A stretch of 64,000 nt of DNA from Octopus bimaculoides (taxonomy: Eukaryota): positions 30,026,593 through 30,090,592 of the forward strand of contig NC_068992.1 in the NCBI RefSeq assembly GCF_001194135.2. Reading direction: 5' to 3'. Below are positions 50,767-64,000 of this stretch, piece by piece. The position numbers and the translations under genes were made by a program. Position 1 is the first letter of the stretch. The number at the start of each line of letters is the position of its first letter. The notes beneath the pieces were generated by a model, which was given only the letters and a program-made list of their open reading frames with translations, did not search any database and was not told the DNA's origin.

Positions 50767-53700
50767 TCTTTAGAGAGCTAACAGAGAAGACCAATTCTTA
50801 TAAAATGCAAGATTCGCTTAAATACGACTAAGCAATAAATTGTTATTGCGAAGTGCACTGCGTGAATCGGGTTTCTAGTTTAATAACAACACTGTTCGGA
50901 AAGATGTCAATATCAAGGTATAACTTGCACATATGAAATACACTGAAATTTATTAGAAGAAAGGTGTGCCATGTGTTCTACTTTCAAATTCCCCAAGATA
51001 CAATTTCCACGATCATATATAAGACACCGCTACATTGAATTGCTTTGGGTAACCTTATTTCCTGCGCACAACCGAAAGTGCGTCGCACTGTAAAATCTGG
51101 AACCCAATGAATTTAACAAAAACACTAAGTAAAGTATGTCGTCAAATGTTCTTATATTAAGTTAACGTTTTCTAAGTCAAATCCACGAAATACAAGAGCA
51201 GCAGAAAAAATATTTTCATAGCACTCTGGCCTTAATCACCTTAATGCACAATTTCCTAAACAACAATCTGAGATTAGGTGCAGATTCCCAGAAGCATATA
51301 GCAATGTTTGTTTTTAACCATTTTGCGATATTCAAAATCAAGTAGGTTTACGAAATTGGTATATACATTTGGCTATTTAGTGCAAGTGCACATTGCGCAA
51401 ACAATGTATATCCTTCGAAGTTGTCTCATAAGTAAACGAAGTCAGGAATCTCGTTAACGTGGTGACACAACATCGGACACATTGTACTTAAAGACATTAA
51501 TATAAGAACTGATACTGCAAATACAGACTGTGTATTTGAATTTGACCAAAAATAGGTTGAGTATTCAACTTCGTTACTCTATGCCGACATAATTATTAAG
51601 ATATGTGTTCTAACAGAATTCCTAAGAAATATCAAATTGGAATTGCTTTAATTTATTAATCGGGGTAATTTCTCACTGTCTATTTTTTACTGATATATGT
51701 TTAATTTCTTACTGATTATGTTAAAAAATCTATTTATCGGAGAGAATGAACTAAAGACTGACAAATATCGTTTGAAGTACCCTCGATCAGATTCAAACCG
51801 ATGAAGCAAGTCAGATTTGACTATTCGGACCTGAACAATATTTTTATAAATTGATATAAACATGGATCCTTGATGCGAAAATTCCTTTATCTCAAAACGT
51901 GATATCTCAAACATTGCAGATACTTCTAATCTAAAACAATTTGTAAGATATGGGCTCAGCAGTTTTAGAGTATATGATAGATGTGTTATGAAAATCATAT
52001 CTAATAACAAAAGCTGCGGCAGAAATGCTTTAGCTTTGATCTATGAATGTTTAGACAATTGGAGCAAGATTGTAACTTGATACAAAAGGTTATCCTTTTA
52101 GGATTTTTATAGTGTTCATTGGGATATTTAGACCAGAGAGGTGTTTATCCCCATGTACTACATCTATTTCGCTATGTTTAATAACGTTGATAGTTTGGTC
52201 TGTGAAAAAATATGAAAAACCATGCTGGTCATCTGTCTCAAAAGTTTGGTAAGAAAAGTTGCTGTGAAGCATTTGACGGCGGGATGTATTTATGAGGGTT
52301 CCTATTACTTCACTAGGTCTAGAAACAGAATGACCTCTAGTAAACTCTGTAACATAGCAAAACACTTAAGCATTGCCTAAGGCGGTAAGATATTTATCAA
52401 TAGTAACTACATGGTTTCCAGTGAAGTAAACATAATGAGATTGAAGTATCTTCGTCAAACACATTGAGGAGATGACAGATACGAATAAAAACTCTGCGGC
52501 ATTTTATCGACTCCGGCTCCTAGAGATATCAGATGTGTTTAAGGAGCCGTTATAATTTGAATCACAACCATTGTATATAGCAACAGATGGTGTGAATGTG
52601 GTTTACGAATGAAACAAAAATAATTGTGGTACTATTTTAAAAGGAATTTTCCTTTAACGCTGAAATCACGAACCTCATACATTGAATAATCTAAAGATAG
52701 CGGTGAAATAGATTTAAATTGAAAAGTAGAAATTCTTTTTTAGCTACTTGAATGCCAGTTTGAGTTGATTATGTATTCCACAAAGCAGTTTGTCATTATA
52801 AACTATTTATTTAAATCTAGCTAATTAGCACCGAATACCTCTTGAAAAATTAAGATCATTGTCAGCTGCTCTCTATCAACTGGTTGCGATAAAAGAAAAT
52901 GACACAAATTATGTTTGAAAAGTATAATTATAATTGACAACTTCTAAGAGGATGGAATCTTTTAATCGATTTTACAGGCGTGGGGGATTTCAAATATTTG
53001 TTTATTTTCTATATTAGATTACTTTGTCTTTAGCAGAGAGATGTTTTCATATTCGTGGGCTAAATTAAAAATGATCGCATCACGTCGTTAATGTATACCT
53101 CACGCACAGAACCAAATACTATATAAAGAAAAATCACCTCACGAAATGATTTCTGTGGCATCTTGCTCTTTAATCTATGGTGCTTCGTGCACTTTTCACT
53201 TCACAATGAACACATTATTTTAAATGCAAACAATATTATGTGAAAATTGTGGCATTCATGCATCTGCATAAATGCGTACAAGTAATTCTAGCATTTGACC
53301 AAAACTAATGATATCTGCTCAATGTATGTTTGATGTAGTGCAATGAAACAATTCACCATTTCTGGCTTTAATAGGTTGTTATGCATACAGGGGTTTTCGG
53401 TGTAATAAAAATGATTCAGTGTGATTTTAGATAAATCGGTATACTTAAAGTTTTAATTATGAAAGTAAAGAATATTAATTGATCAAATTCATAGTCATTG
53501 AAATTCTTTTATTTTGCGCATAAATAATAAATGTGACGGTATTAAACTGCACGAACTTTGATCTTTGAAACTAATTTTTTATATAATATTTATCTTTTTT
53601 ACTATGATATATTCAGTATATTTTCTACAAAATGTGATGCAGATACAAGAAAAGTAAATAATAGCTCTCTATCCGAAGTATGAAATTGTTCCTACAGAAA

Positions 53701-54483
53701 AATTCTTTCATTCTAGTTGGATATCAAGCGGACTATCATTAGTTTTTGAAAACATGCACTGTTTCAACAACAGAATGCTGAAACAGAACAAGAACAAAAT
53801 AATAATAATAATTCAGTTCTATTTTTTAAAATTTACATTAGCAGAGTTCCAACAATTTTAAGTCAGTGTACTGTGCAAATGATATCCAGCATAGAAGTGC
53901 GGAATTTAATATCTATGAACAATATTTAAATGTGTTTCACGTGAAATTCCGACGGAATTCGTATGATAATATTTTCTACTGAGCAAGAATGCTTTATATT
54001 CATTGGATACGATGTTAGTTTTGACAAAAAATCATGGACATATCGTTTATATCGTTTGGCAACAATGTGTCTGCTGTTGAAGCGAACTACATGTTAGAAC
54101 CGAGTGAACACTTTAATGACGAGTGGACTTTCATAAATGATGAGTTTGAAACTCCATTGCAAAGACTGCTCCTGTATGAGAGTGAAAGATTTGATTCATC
54201 CTCAAATGTAATGCGTTCACATGATTCTTATGTGTTATTCTGAGATTTCGCTGTTTGCTGCAAAGATTTAAGGACAGCTCTTCCCACTGATGTTAAATTT
54301 CTCCTTTTTTTTCACATTATAACAGTGCTCACGGATACAGGCATATAAAATTAGGCACTCACAAATACATATCCATACAGTTATAAAATGTTGGGGTTTC
54401 TATTCATTGTATGTTTGGCAAGAAATTAACATAATAAACTGCTTTCCCACATTTGCTTATGAAAATATACGTAACATAAACAT

Positions 54484-54612
54484 TCACATTCCATCAGGGT
54501 CGAGTTTGTCTTTCATCATTTCTGGGTCGATAAAATAAGAACGAGTCGAGCAACGACGCCGATGTAATCGACTTACTCTTCTACCGAAATTGCTGTGCCA
54601 AATTTTGATATC
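54484..54612 (+). mobile_element. SINE family A, 3' half
   Basis: agggtcgagtttgtctttcatcatttctgggtcgataaaataag...gatgtaatcgactta...gaaattgctgtgccaaatttt. Confidence 0.7.
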
Positions 54613-55109
54613 AATTAACTGAAATGATATGTAATGTACTGAATTTTGAAAATATGGGTTTTTACGAACGTATTTTAATGTAAAACTACAGAAAAAGTCA
54701 AAATAAATTCTGATTATATTAAATGGGATGTAAGATGCAACATTTGAGCACATTAGAGATGTGAAAATGGTGGAGGAACTTCATAAACATGATGACTAAT
54801 ATCTATTCGACAAATGCAAATTGCTAGATAAGCACCTATTATGCAACTGGAAAACATCACCTTCAATCGAAGCAACTACATAAATACACTTGCACTCGAT
54901 ATTGACTCATCTAAGAGATATGGAATTTTGTCGTTCTAGATTTCCTTCTGCTATCACTCCAATATATTGATTTTTCTTCCTTGAATTATTGTTACACAAG
55001 ACCAAGTCCCATTTTTCCCTGCCAAGAAATGAAGAATTACCTCCTGTGATAACACGTAACAATTCTGTCTCTGCTCGGTGTCAAACTTTTTACAATATTA
55101 CTGTTACAG

Positions 55110-55322
55110 TTAAGCGCTGGTAGGATCTCTACTGCAACTAACAAAATGCCTTACCAGCATTTGTTCCGGTTTTCCTTTCTGAGTTCAAATTTCATAGGGG
55201 TCATCTTTTCCTTTCATATTTCTGAGCTCGATGAAATAAATACCAGTGGAACACTGGGGTCGATGTAACGCACAACACCGAAACCCGAAATTAGAGGTCT
55301 TGTGCCAAAGTTTAAATCCAAT
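55110..55322 (+). mobile_element. SINE family A, diverged copy
   Basis: ttctgagttcaaattt...cctttcat...tcgatgaaataaataccagtggaacactggggtcgatgtaa...cttgtgccaaagttt. Confidence 0.7.
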
Positions 55323-55750
55323 ACTGCTATTAAATTCAAGAGTAAATAATTCAGACAGAATATTAATCTTCACGGATCTGTAGTTTAGAGAAACAATTAT
55401 CTTTCTAAATATTGATTATAACATCGTGAAGATAAAATGAACCTGAAGTGAGAGATGTCGAATCAAATTATGATCGACATGTTAACGTGCTTTTATTTAA
55501 GTTTAGCAATACTCCTATCGACATCACTCGGCATGTTGTATATACTGTAATAATTTTAGTATTATTTATTAAGCATCATACAATACACACGCACGCACGC
55601 GTCCTCGCACGTGCACTTACATTCGCGCCCACATATATATACAGTTAGGCAAATATATACACATTATTATGTCCACATATTTAAATACATGAAAATATGT
55701 ACACGTGCGTATATATATACAGATATCTGAATATATGCAGAGATATTTGA

Positions 55751-56074
55751 AGGCGCGTGTCCTAGTGGTTAAGATATTCAGCTCACGATCATAATGTCGT
55801 GAGTTCAAATTCCGGCGACACGTTCTGTGCTTGAGCAAGACACCTTACTTAACGTTGCTCCAGTTCCCTCAACTAGCAAAAATGTGTTGTACCTGTATTT
55901 CAAATGGCCGGCCTTGTCACTTTCTGTGTCACGCTGAATGTCCCTGAGAACTACGTTATGGGTACACGCGTCTGTGGAGTGCTGAGCCACTTGCACGTTA
56001 ATTTCAAAAACAGGGTGTTCCGTTTATCGAACCGCCTGGAACACTCGACGTCGTAACCGACGGATTGCTACTTC
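55751..56074 (+). mobile_element. tRNA-derived CORE-like SINE (head 2 + tail X)
   Basis: Head ggcgcgtgtcctagtggttaag...gagttcaaattccggcg. CORE-like cttgagcaagacaccttacttaacgttgctccagttccctcaact..caaaaatg. Tail X continues through gcacgttaatttc...ctcgacgtcgtaaccgacgga. Confidence 0.85.
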
Positions 56075-56149
56075 TATTTTTTTAAACATATATCTATATT
56101 CAGATATAAACAGGTATGTGTAAAGATATAGACACATGCGAAGAATATA

Positions 56150-56157
56150 TCTATCTA

Positions 56158-56232
<75 letters not shown>

Positions 56233-56272
56233 GTCTGTCTGTCAGTCTACATAGATATGTCATGGTGCGTAT

Positions 56273-56304
<32 letters not shown>
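56150..56304. repeat. (TATC)n/(TGTC)n plus (TA)n compound microsatellite
   Basis: Directly visible. Confidence 0.95.
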
Positions 56305-56307
<3 letters not shown>

Positions 56308-57874
56308 ATCATGTGTATATATAGATGTGCACATACAGGCGAAGAGGGAATGCGAGTGAGAAGAGAGATGGAAAATAAGCAGCGAGGAAACTTTAAGCAT
56401 TCTAACTTAATCAACTTAATCAACTAACTCAAATACGACCTTAATTCCAATATATATGACAATTATTAGATTTCTTCAAACATATTCCGGTAACAGCTAT
56501 TATTGCAGAACGGATACCGACGTCTGATATTTATTTATTGATTCCTTAAGTATTAACATCTGACAATTTAGTGATTATCTCCCGCCAGTATCTTACGTAA
56601 ATTAATAAACTCAGTGGGCAAGAATTTGATGACTTTAGACAGTATAAAGAGGATTATCAGTCGTATTATTCACTCTGATCTTGTCTAAAATGCTTGTATC
56701 AAATTTAGGTGCACATACGTACATGGGGAAAATTACAATATTCGGCTTCATTTGTGCACTTAACTTACAATTTATGGTGGCAGCAGAAGGTGACTGGAAT
56801 GAAACGGTGGGAATAAATTAAGGTATGAAATAAGAGACAAAAATGAAACTATTTCTGAAAATATCTTAGATTCTAAGCGTATTGTACAGATAGTATTAAG
56901 AGAATTCAGTAGGAATCAATGGAATGATTGTAACTTGTATCATTATATAATAAGACACTGACCAAAATAGTCCACTGTATTACTGTTAGTCGACACTAAC
57001 AGATGATATCTTTTAATGATTTCCTGACATTGCAAAATGCTAATGTGTTTTTCCCCTGTAGGACAATTGTTTTCTCGTTGGTTATATGAAACCAGGCTGG
57101 CTTTGTTGTATACTGTATGACTGTTTATGTATCTGAGGCGCTTTTTGTCTCAAAAATTTGACCACAGATTTGTGGGTAACAAAAATACCACGTTAGCGAG
57201 TATAAAGAAATATATTGAGTCAAAATAAATATTAAAATCAACGTTTACTTGTAAGGTCACATTGACAAGCCAATTTCGACTTCTCGATATAAATAATATG
57301 AAACAATTTCAACTGATTTTAATACCAAAATAGCGGGACTTCATATGAAATTAAGCATTTTTACTACCTGAGGAAATCATGCGTATTCTCAGATGTGACT
57401 AGGTTCGATGATTTATAATTACATTAATCACAACATTTTCTCATTCAAATGTTTTCATTTAAATAAATAAAAATAAACAAAAGTAAGTCCTATATTAATT
57501 TCAATCATTGCTGTGCGATGTCTTACGACACCGCATATTTAAAACAAATCGTCTTTTATTATTAATTTAAACATATTTTATTCATGGAACAAATTAAATC
57601 AGCCTCAATTAACCCTCGTCATCAAATATTTATCCTAAAATCTAACATATCTCCTACTGGGTGAAGCGAAAGCGGACACACATACGTAATAATTAAAAAA
57701 ATGACATAACCCACATCTTCACTTAATATAAATATTGTTTACACCTGGTAATTTATCAATTTCCATTTATGGAAGGGTTAAATCACATTTTCACGTAAGC
57801 GAACGCAAAATGACGTATTTTTTTATACGTATGAAAACAGATGAGGATAAATAAATACACACATAGTTTCTATC

Positions 57875-57948
57875 TATCTATCTATGTCTCTCACTCTCTC
57901 TCTTTCTCTCTCTCTCGTTCTCTCTCTCTCTCTTTCTCTCTCTCTCGT

Positions 57949-57979
<31 letters not shown>

Positions 57980-58005
57980 ATGTCTTTTTCTCGCTCTCTC
58001 TCTAT
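57875..58005. repeat. (CT)n-derived higher-order repeat
   Basis: Repeated units of the form ctctctctctttctctctctctcgtt are directly visible. Confidence 0.9.
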
Positions 58006-58077
58006 ATATATACATGTAGTTGAAATTTACAGAAAAACAAAAGTCGAAGACAGGTAAATAAACAACAAGCATGTATG

Positions 58078-58109
<32 letters not shown>

Positions 58110-60299
58110 TATATAACATTTCTGCGCAGACTCAGTCTTTGTTACCGAATTTCTCTCAAGATAGAATAGGCAAGCCAGTGTTACAATAGCAGTGTCAGGA
58201 GAAAGAGGACTATCAGCTTGATATTACCGAGAACGATGAGAGACAGTTGTGAACTGTCTAACTATTTAAGTATCTATGTACCTAAATATAAAATTATGAT
58301 CTTCGTATTTCAGTCGCTTTTCTTGTTCGATATGTGGTGTTTCTTGAGGGTCTCATTTCGTTTGTCGTATTTGTTGCTGTTACTTTCACTGTGGGTTTAT
58401 TTGTTCCTTCATTCTTGCTACCGATTCTGTTTGAAAGAATATGTCATCTTTTACATGGTATTGTACTCTTTCGTAATGTTGCTTGCGTTAAATCTTCAGG
58501 TTAAATCTATTATCGTCAGTCCGTCGTGCCTTGCTACAGTTCATGTCTGACCAGACTGGAATAGTGCTCACCCTCATTCTGTGGGTTGATCAGGTACTCC
58601 AGTCTGGTGAATTTGTTGTCAAGCACCTGGAGAGTGGAAACTTGTCATGCCGTGACTGATGATGTGATGGCATGCATTGAGGTTGCAAAATCTCCAGAGT
58701 TTCCTTGACAGTAAGCAGGACACGCTTTAGCGCAACTCGTTTCTTTGGAAGAGCTGTGGTCTTGGATCATGCTGAAATCGATCGTAGATTAAACTGCCTG
58801 GCACACTGAATGCCACCAGGTGCTCACAAACCTCCACAGGTCAGACAATGCAGTCAGTGGAAGTTCCGTTTTAGTGTTCTGTACAGTTAAATTGACCGGC
58901 AAAAGTGACGACGTTTTAGGGTAGACTCAAGATACTGAATACAATCAACTGGCTGCTTTGTTCCGACGACTTTCGGTATGGGGCCTTAATATCTCTGGGC
59001 TAACATTGATAACGGGAGTAAGGGCAGGGCATTGCCGATTCAAGATAAACTTTACAGACATGGTAGTGTCGTCTACCAGACTGGCCTGAATGTGCACTGA
59101 GTAATCCTTCATTTCCGGGCATCACGTATAGGAGGTGTCCGCTATCGACTAGGTCTACTGTGAAGATAATACCGCTCCTTGCATTTCGCCGGCAAGTACA
59201 AGCAATGTTTGTTTGTCTGGTGGCCTTAGTAAAGAAGATTGCGTGTTGGCCAGATCGAAAGATCTGAATACTGAATAACTCTCTATATGCTCAAGTGTGC
59301 ATCAATTTTAAACTTGCACTTGCATAGATAAGTAAGGGTAGAGAGAGAAGTGCTGCCTTGTAGCATGTTTATTAAAATGTGCGAAATTGCGATAATGATG
59401 CTATTTGTGAACGGCCAAGCACGGGCTTAAAGTTTGAGAGAGAATCATGAGCAAAGCCACTCCTGCGCCTATAAATTAATGATGGTGTGGCATATTTATG
59501 CATATATATTTCAACTTTAATTTTAGCAGTATCATTTAGTATGGAAATGAGTAATTATAAAAAAGGACCTTATGCTTACTGTTTTTAGAGCTGGTGGGGG
59601 GAATTGGGTAATTCAGTGTTTATTTGATTTCTACGGTACTAAAGTTATTTCATTTTTTAGAAAATTTTTTTCTTATATATTTTTGATAATGTATATTATA
59701 AATAATTAATGCAATCTAATTTATAATATTATTTGCTATTTGAATCCAAATGATATAATACTTTAAATATATTATTTTGCTTTTTACCCAAAGAAGAATA
59801 GCATATTGTTATTGTAACACGTATTCTTTTAATAATATGAAAGAATGAAAGGGAAATTTCTTATTTAGCCATGCTTTTTTTTTTTTAATTGTTCCTGGTA
59901 GTTAAAAAAAAATAATGCGTTAAGATATATTTAGATTAAATACTTAATGGAAAACAAATATATTTTATGACCTTTATATTTGTTTACTTTTTATTTATAT
60001 CTTTGTTTTTGTTCTTTAATTATTGACGCTGACGCTTGAATTCAAATATATTCACATTCAGTGTTTTCTTGGACCTGTGAATCCTAATACATAAAAAAAG
60101 TACACTGAGGAGATTCTTGTCCGCAGACAATGGATTTATATAATTTTATTATGGGTAAGAATAAAAAGAATTGTATGTGATTTATATTTAATATTTAGTA
60201 CTTATTACATTACGTTATATTGTTATAAGAATATAATATAACGTAGTATTATGTTAATAAATATTAAATATAAAATTTTGAATTGGCAATTGGCAATTG

Positions 60300-60341
<42 letters not shown>

Positions 60342-60457
60342 ATCTTCTAGTCGTTTTTGTATATTTAATATATAACCATGTAAATTCTTACGTATATATG
60401 TGTGTGTGTGTGTGTCTGTGTGTGTGTCTGTGTGTGTGTCTGTGTGTGTGTCTGTGT
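60300..60457. repeat. (TA)n and (GTGTGTGTCT)n microsatellites
   Basis: Directly visible. Confidence 0.9.
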
Positions 60458-61301
60458 GAAATTCTCCCTATATGTATATATATAGAGAGAGAGATAAGAG
60501 AAAAGTTATAGACACATGCTTCTGCTTAATAACCTGAATCTGATCGACAATTGTTCAACTTGCTCTGCAGTATCCAAAGGAATTTGACTTGGACTTATAT
60601 AAAACCGAGGAGAAAAGTGTTTTCGTCAATATAAGTTGCATAGCTGAAACAAAAACGAGACTTGAAATTGACGCTGATATGTTAAATATCTTACAATCAA
60701 GGTACTTGAAGCTGGTTCATTTCCTAAACTGATTATCAAATTTAGATAAACTTTTGAGTTTTGTGATTATCTCCTATTCTCTAGTAGCCATAATTGCTGT
60801 TTGGTAATTATGAAACACCCTCTTGAGGCGCGGAAAAAGTTCAAATGAAGAATTTCTGTTGTAAGATACTTTAGCCTACCGGTATTTGTCTATGTATGCT
60901 TGTATGTATTATGTATGCATGTATGTATGTATGTATGTATGTATGTATGTATACACACTAATACAAAGACACACATACACATTTTTATGTATATATGTAT
61001 GTACACAAGTATATATGTGTGTATGCATGTTTCGAAAGAAAAAAAATATCCTAGTGATACTCATCTCATTTTCCGTCTTAATGGCAACAATTCATCCTTT
61101 GAAAACCTGCTATCAATATTTCTATTGTTCACAATTTCCATTATTAAATGAATACAACAATTTCGTGTTTTAAAATTGATAACTGGGCGTGTGATTATAA
61201 CAAGATTTACTGAATTTTACATTTGAACAATTCATATTTGGTTTGCAATGATATACTTGATGTATTATTTTCCCGTCTTCTACAGCTGATATTTGCTTAT
61301 A

Positions 61302-61506
61302 AGGATTTAAGATTTTGGTACAAGTCCGCAAGACTAGTGTGATATGTTGGTTGCGTCGATCCCAGTAATCAACTGGTACATATTTCATCGATCTTGAGAG
61401 GATCTAAGGCAAAGTTGACCTCGGAGGAATTTTGATTCAGAACGTGAAGGTGGACAAAATACCGCTAAACTATTTGATCAGCGTGCTAACAATTCAGCCA
61501 GCTAAC
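61302..61506 (-). mobile_element. SINE family A, diverged copy
   Basis: gtcgatcccagt..caactggtac..tttcatcgatc...aaggcaaagttgacctcggaggaattt.gattcagaacgt...cgtgctaacaattcagccagct. Confidence 0.8.
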
Positions 61507-61558
61507 ACATCTCAGTGCATGGACTTCGGCATTGCATACTGATTAAAAGACTTTAGAA

Positions 61559-61911
61559 CAGTGGTTCTCAACCAGGGTCCATATGGTCTATGAGGGTTCA
61601 TATAGGCTTTGTGGGGTGGTCCACACAAAAAAAGAAAATAGAAAATTGATGACCCACAATAGTATTTTAAGGCCTTTCCCCAAATTTTGCTTTAGATGCA
61701 TATATTGGTATGTATTGCAAACAGCTACGTTTCTTTCTCTAAAACTATATATACTTCAACATACACAAGTTAATGGGTGTAACACAAAATAGGAATTTTC
61801 AAAAAAATTTTCTATAAAACTAGTTTTTAAACATCGAATGGCTATGAGGGTACACCAGAATAAAATAGTACCCAAAAGGGTCCATGGAAAAAATATGGTT
61901 GAGAACCCTTT
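61559..61911. mobile_element. hAT (Charlie-like) MITE, 353 bp
   Basis: TIRs are CAGTGGTTCTCAACC (61559-73) and GGTTGAGAACCcttt (61897-911). The 8-bp flanks CTTTAGAA and GTTTAGAA match at 7/8. Subterminal repeats agggtccat and atgg.tatgaggg occur near both ends. No ORF. Confidence 0.8.
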
Positions 61912-64000
61912 GTTTAGAATGTCTAACCTGAGGTCTAGTAATATGTTCAGACTGCGTCTCCACTAATTACGACTTCATTTCTGGAAACGAACATTAATAC
62001 CTTCCAAGATGGAAGATTGTAACAAGTAATTGAACAGCAATAAGTCATGTCAACTGTTCATCTTTTTTTATATAGGTAGGATTTCACTTCCTTTCTTTCA
62101 TGCTTAGGAACCTTATTTTATGTACTTTCAAATTGAAGCGCCAAAATCATTCGATAGAATGAAGAGAAAAGTGTGAAGATGTATTTAAAACAAAGTGTTT
62201 ATGTTAAAGAAACAAAACATTGTACAAAGACATTACGAAATACACACACACACACACACACACACATATAAACACACACACTCGCAAGCACACACATNNN
62301 NNNNNNNNNNNNNNNNNNNNNNNNNNNNNNNNNNNNNNNNNNNNNNNNNNNNNNNNNNNNNNNNNNNNNNNNNNNNNNNNNNNNNNNNNNNNNNNNNNNN
62401 NNNNNNNNNNNNNNNNNATATATATATATATATATACACATACATACATACGTTTGTGTGTTTGTGTGTGTGGGGGGGTCCATACCATTCAATATATCAG
62501 AGAGCAGGTGTTAAGCTAAAATCTTATTTGTTCAAATTCAGACCTTGTGTGTTATCTTTGCATATTGTTCACTGTGTTTACACCATAAACTTAACACATA
62601 TGCAGACGTTCTCGAGATTTGACATCGGAAATCCAACTCAGGGCTGTATATTAGATTATTCTCTTAATTAATTTGCATATGTTTTCACTTAATTTCCGTA
62701 ACCTCACCTGTTTCTCATTTTTCTCTTCGTCTTCTCTTATTTCACCTGTTAGTTTTTTTTATATATTTATGTTTTCCTATTTGTCATCTATCTTTTTACC
62801 TTTCTCCTAGTTACACCTGTTCTACCAGCTAATTCTCCTCCAGCATTTTTTCTGCATCCATTTCTTTCATCCTATAATATTGATTTTCCGACCAACTACT
62901 TCTCCACCTTTCTTCACCCTAACCTGACTTACCCCTGTATTTTCTTCAGCACGTAGTATATTTGCCGCAAAATGTTTTTTAACTTATATCCGCCGTTTTC
63001 ACATTTCCGGTCTTTCAAACTTTGTGTGTTCATGCGTGTGTGTATAACTGCATGGTGTCTCATCAATTGGTGAACGCTTTAAACATTATGCTTGTGAATG
63101 TCAAAATTAATAATACCTAAAAGATGTTAATGCATGTTAGATTTAAATTTGAGGAGAAGTAGATCTTTGTCTATATAGTTTCCATTTGTTGTTGGGCGGG
63201 AATTTCGACTACACTTAATCTCATGCCTATGTCTACTAGCTGATATTGTATTGTAGCAGAATATCGCAGCTGTGCCGATATTTTATTTTATTCGGTGATA
63301 ACTTAGATAGTACATTTACAATATTCCTGCCAGTAAATTAATCTCTAAGCTTTTCTTCAAATAAACAAAAACCTTCTCTTTTAAACTGTGATTATTTGCT
63401 GAGCGAAATTATATCTCTTGCCAGTCAAATGCGTTGTTACACAGTAATTGATACTCGTCAAATGACTCCAATGATACGCAGTTTTAGTAGTCATACCACT
63501 TAATTGTGGATGGTATCTCGCTATATTTACTTCCTCAACTGTATTTAACTTCTATTTTAATTGTTCCCTGTGTGTAGGAAAAACGGTAATTACTAAAACA
63601 ACAATCGTGCTAGTATATACAGGCTTACTCATATCTAATAAGCTATAATGTGGCACTGTCATGCTATTAGCTGTCAGAAGTGAAAGTGCTCACTGCTAGT
63701 GAAGTATCTGTCTGTCTGCCTGCCTGTTGCTGGCCTGTCGATTATTTGGCTACTGACAGCTAATACCATGACTGGCCGGAGCGAGCTATATGTCTGTCTG
63801 TCTGTCTGTCTCTCTCTATCTATCTATCTATTACTCGAAAGTCCGCGCTAGCTAGTCGTGAGTGGTCGATCCTATTATCTTTAAACTTCAAACTTCATTT
63901 GTTTTCTATTTTGATAAATTCTCTCTGTTGAAAATTATATTTTTATATTTTAAATAATTTGCAATTTCAGGAAATATGTTTTTATATTAAATTTGTGTTT

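Noticed and set aside
60100-60145. CTGAGGA followed by the hairpin gattcttgtc-cgca-gacaatggatt
   Set aside because: No GAAA core or helix III follows. At best it is a dead ribozyme relic.
3695-62671. Many 100-190 aa ORFs rich in YI, CV, HT, LS repeats or X runs
   Set aside because: They are translations of microsatellites and N-gaps (3877-4096, 6999-7232, 25505-25514, 26527-26536, 29690-29932, 38309-38323, 41596-41865, 45908-46186, 47422-47698, 48689-48910, 62298-62417), not genes.
62690-62950. Strongly pyrimidine-rich tract whose minus-strand translation contains RRISW
   Set aside because: A single short LINE-like word in low-complexity sequence is not enough to call an element.

Overview
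AT-rich, repeat-dense eukaryotic non-coding DNA from a short-read assembly with 11 N-gaps, most of them next to (TA)n, (CA)n or (TGTA)n tracts. The SINE families and microsatellite load look like an octopus genome; this is recognition from memory, not a database result. I found no supportable host protein-coding gene, rRNA, true tRNA or CRISPR array. Most ORFs in the track are microsatellite or N-gap artefacts. Supported contents: (1) a decayed, internally deleted Helitron with both termini (38.3-41.3 kb, minus strand); (2) a decayed RLE-type (R4/Dong-like) non-LTR retrotransposon (9.1-10.85 kb); (3) an RTE LINE 3' end; (4) a probable Penelope-like GIY-YIG remnant; (5) about 18 SINE copies or fragments in three families; (6) hAT-like and piggyBac-like MITE candidates. 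The most notable result is a complete type I hammerhead ribozyme motif at 48514-48586. It has an intact core, a GUC cleavage site, a palindromic minimal helix III and an unusually long GNRA-capped helix II. A second, partly decayed hammerhead lies at 27362-27415, and a pre-miRNA-sized hairpin lies at 58550-58608. All alignments and folds were done by eye.
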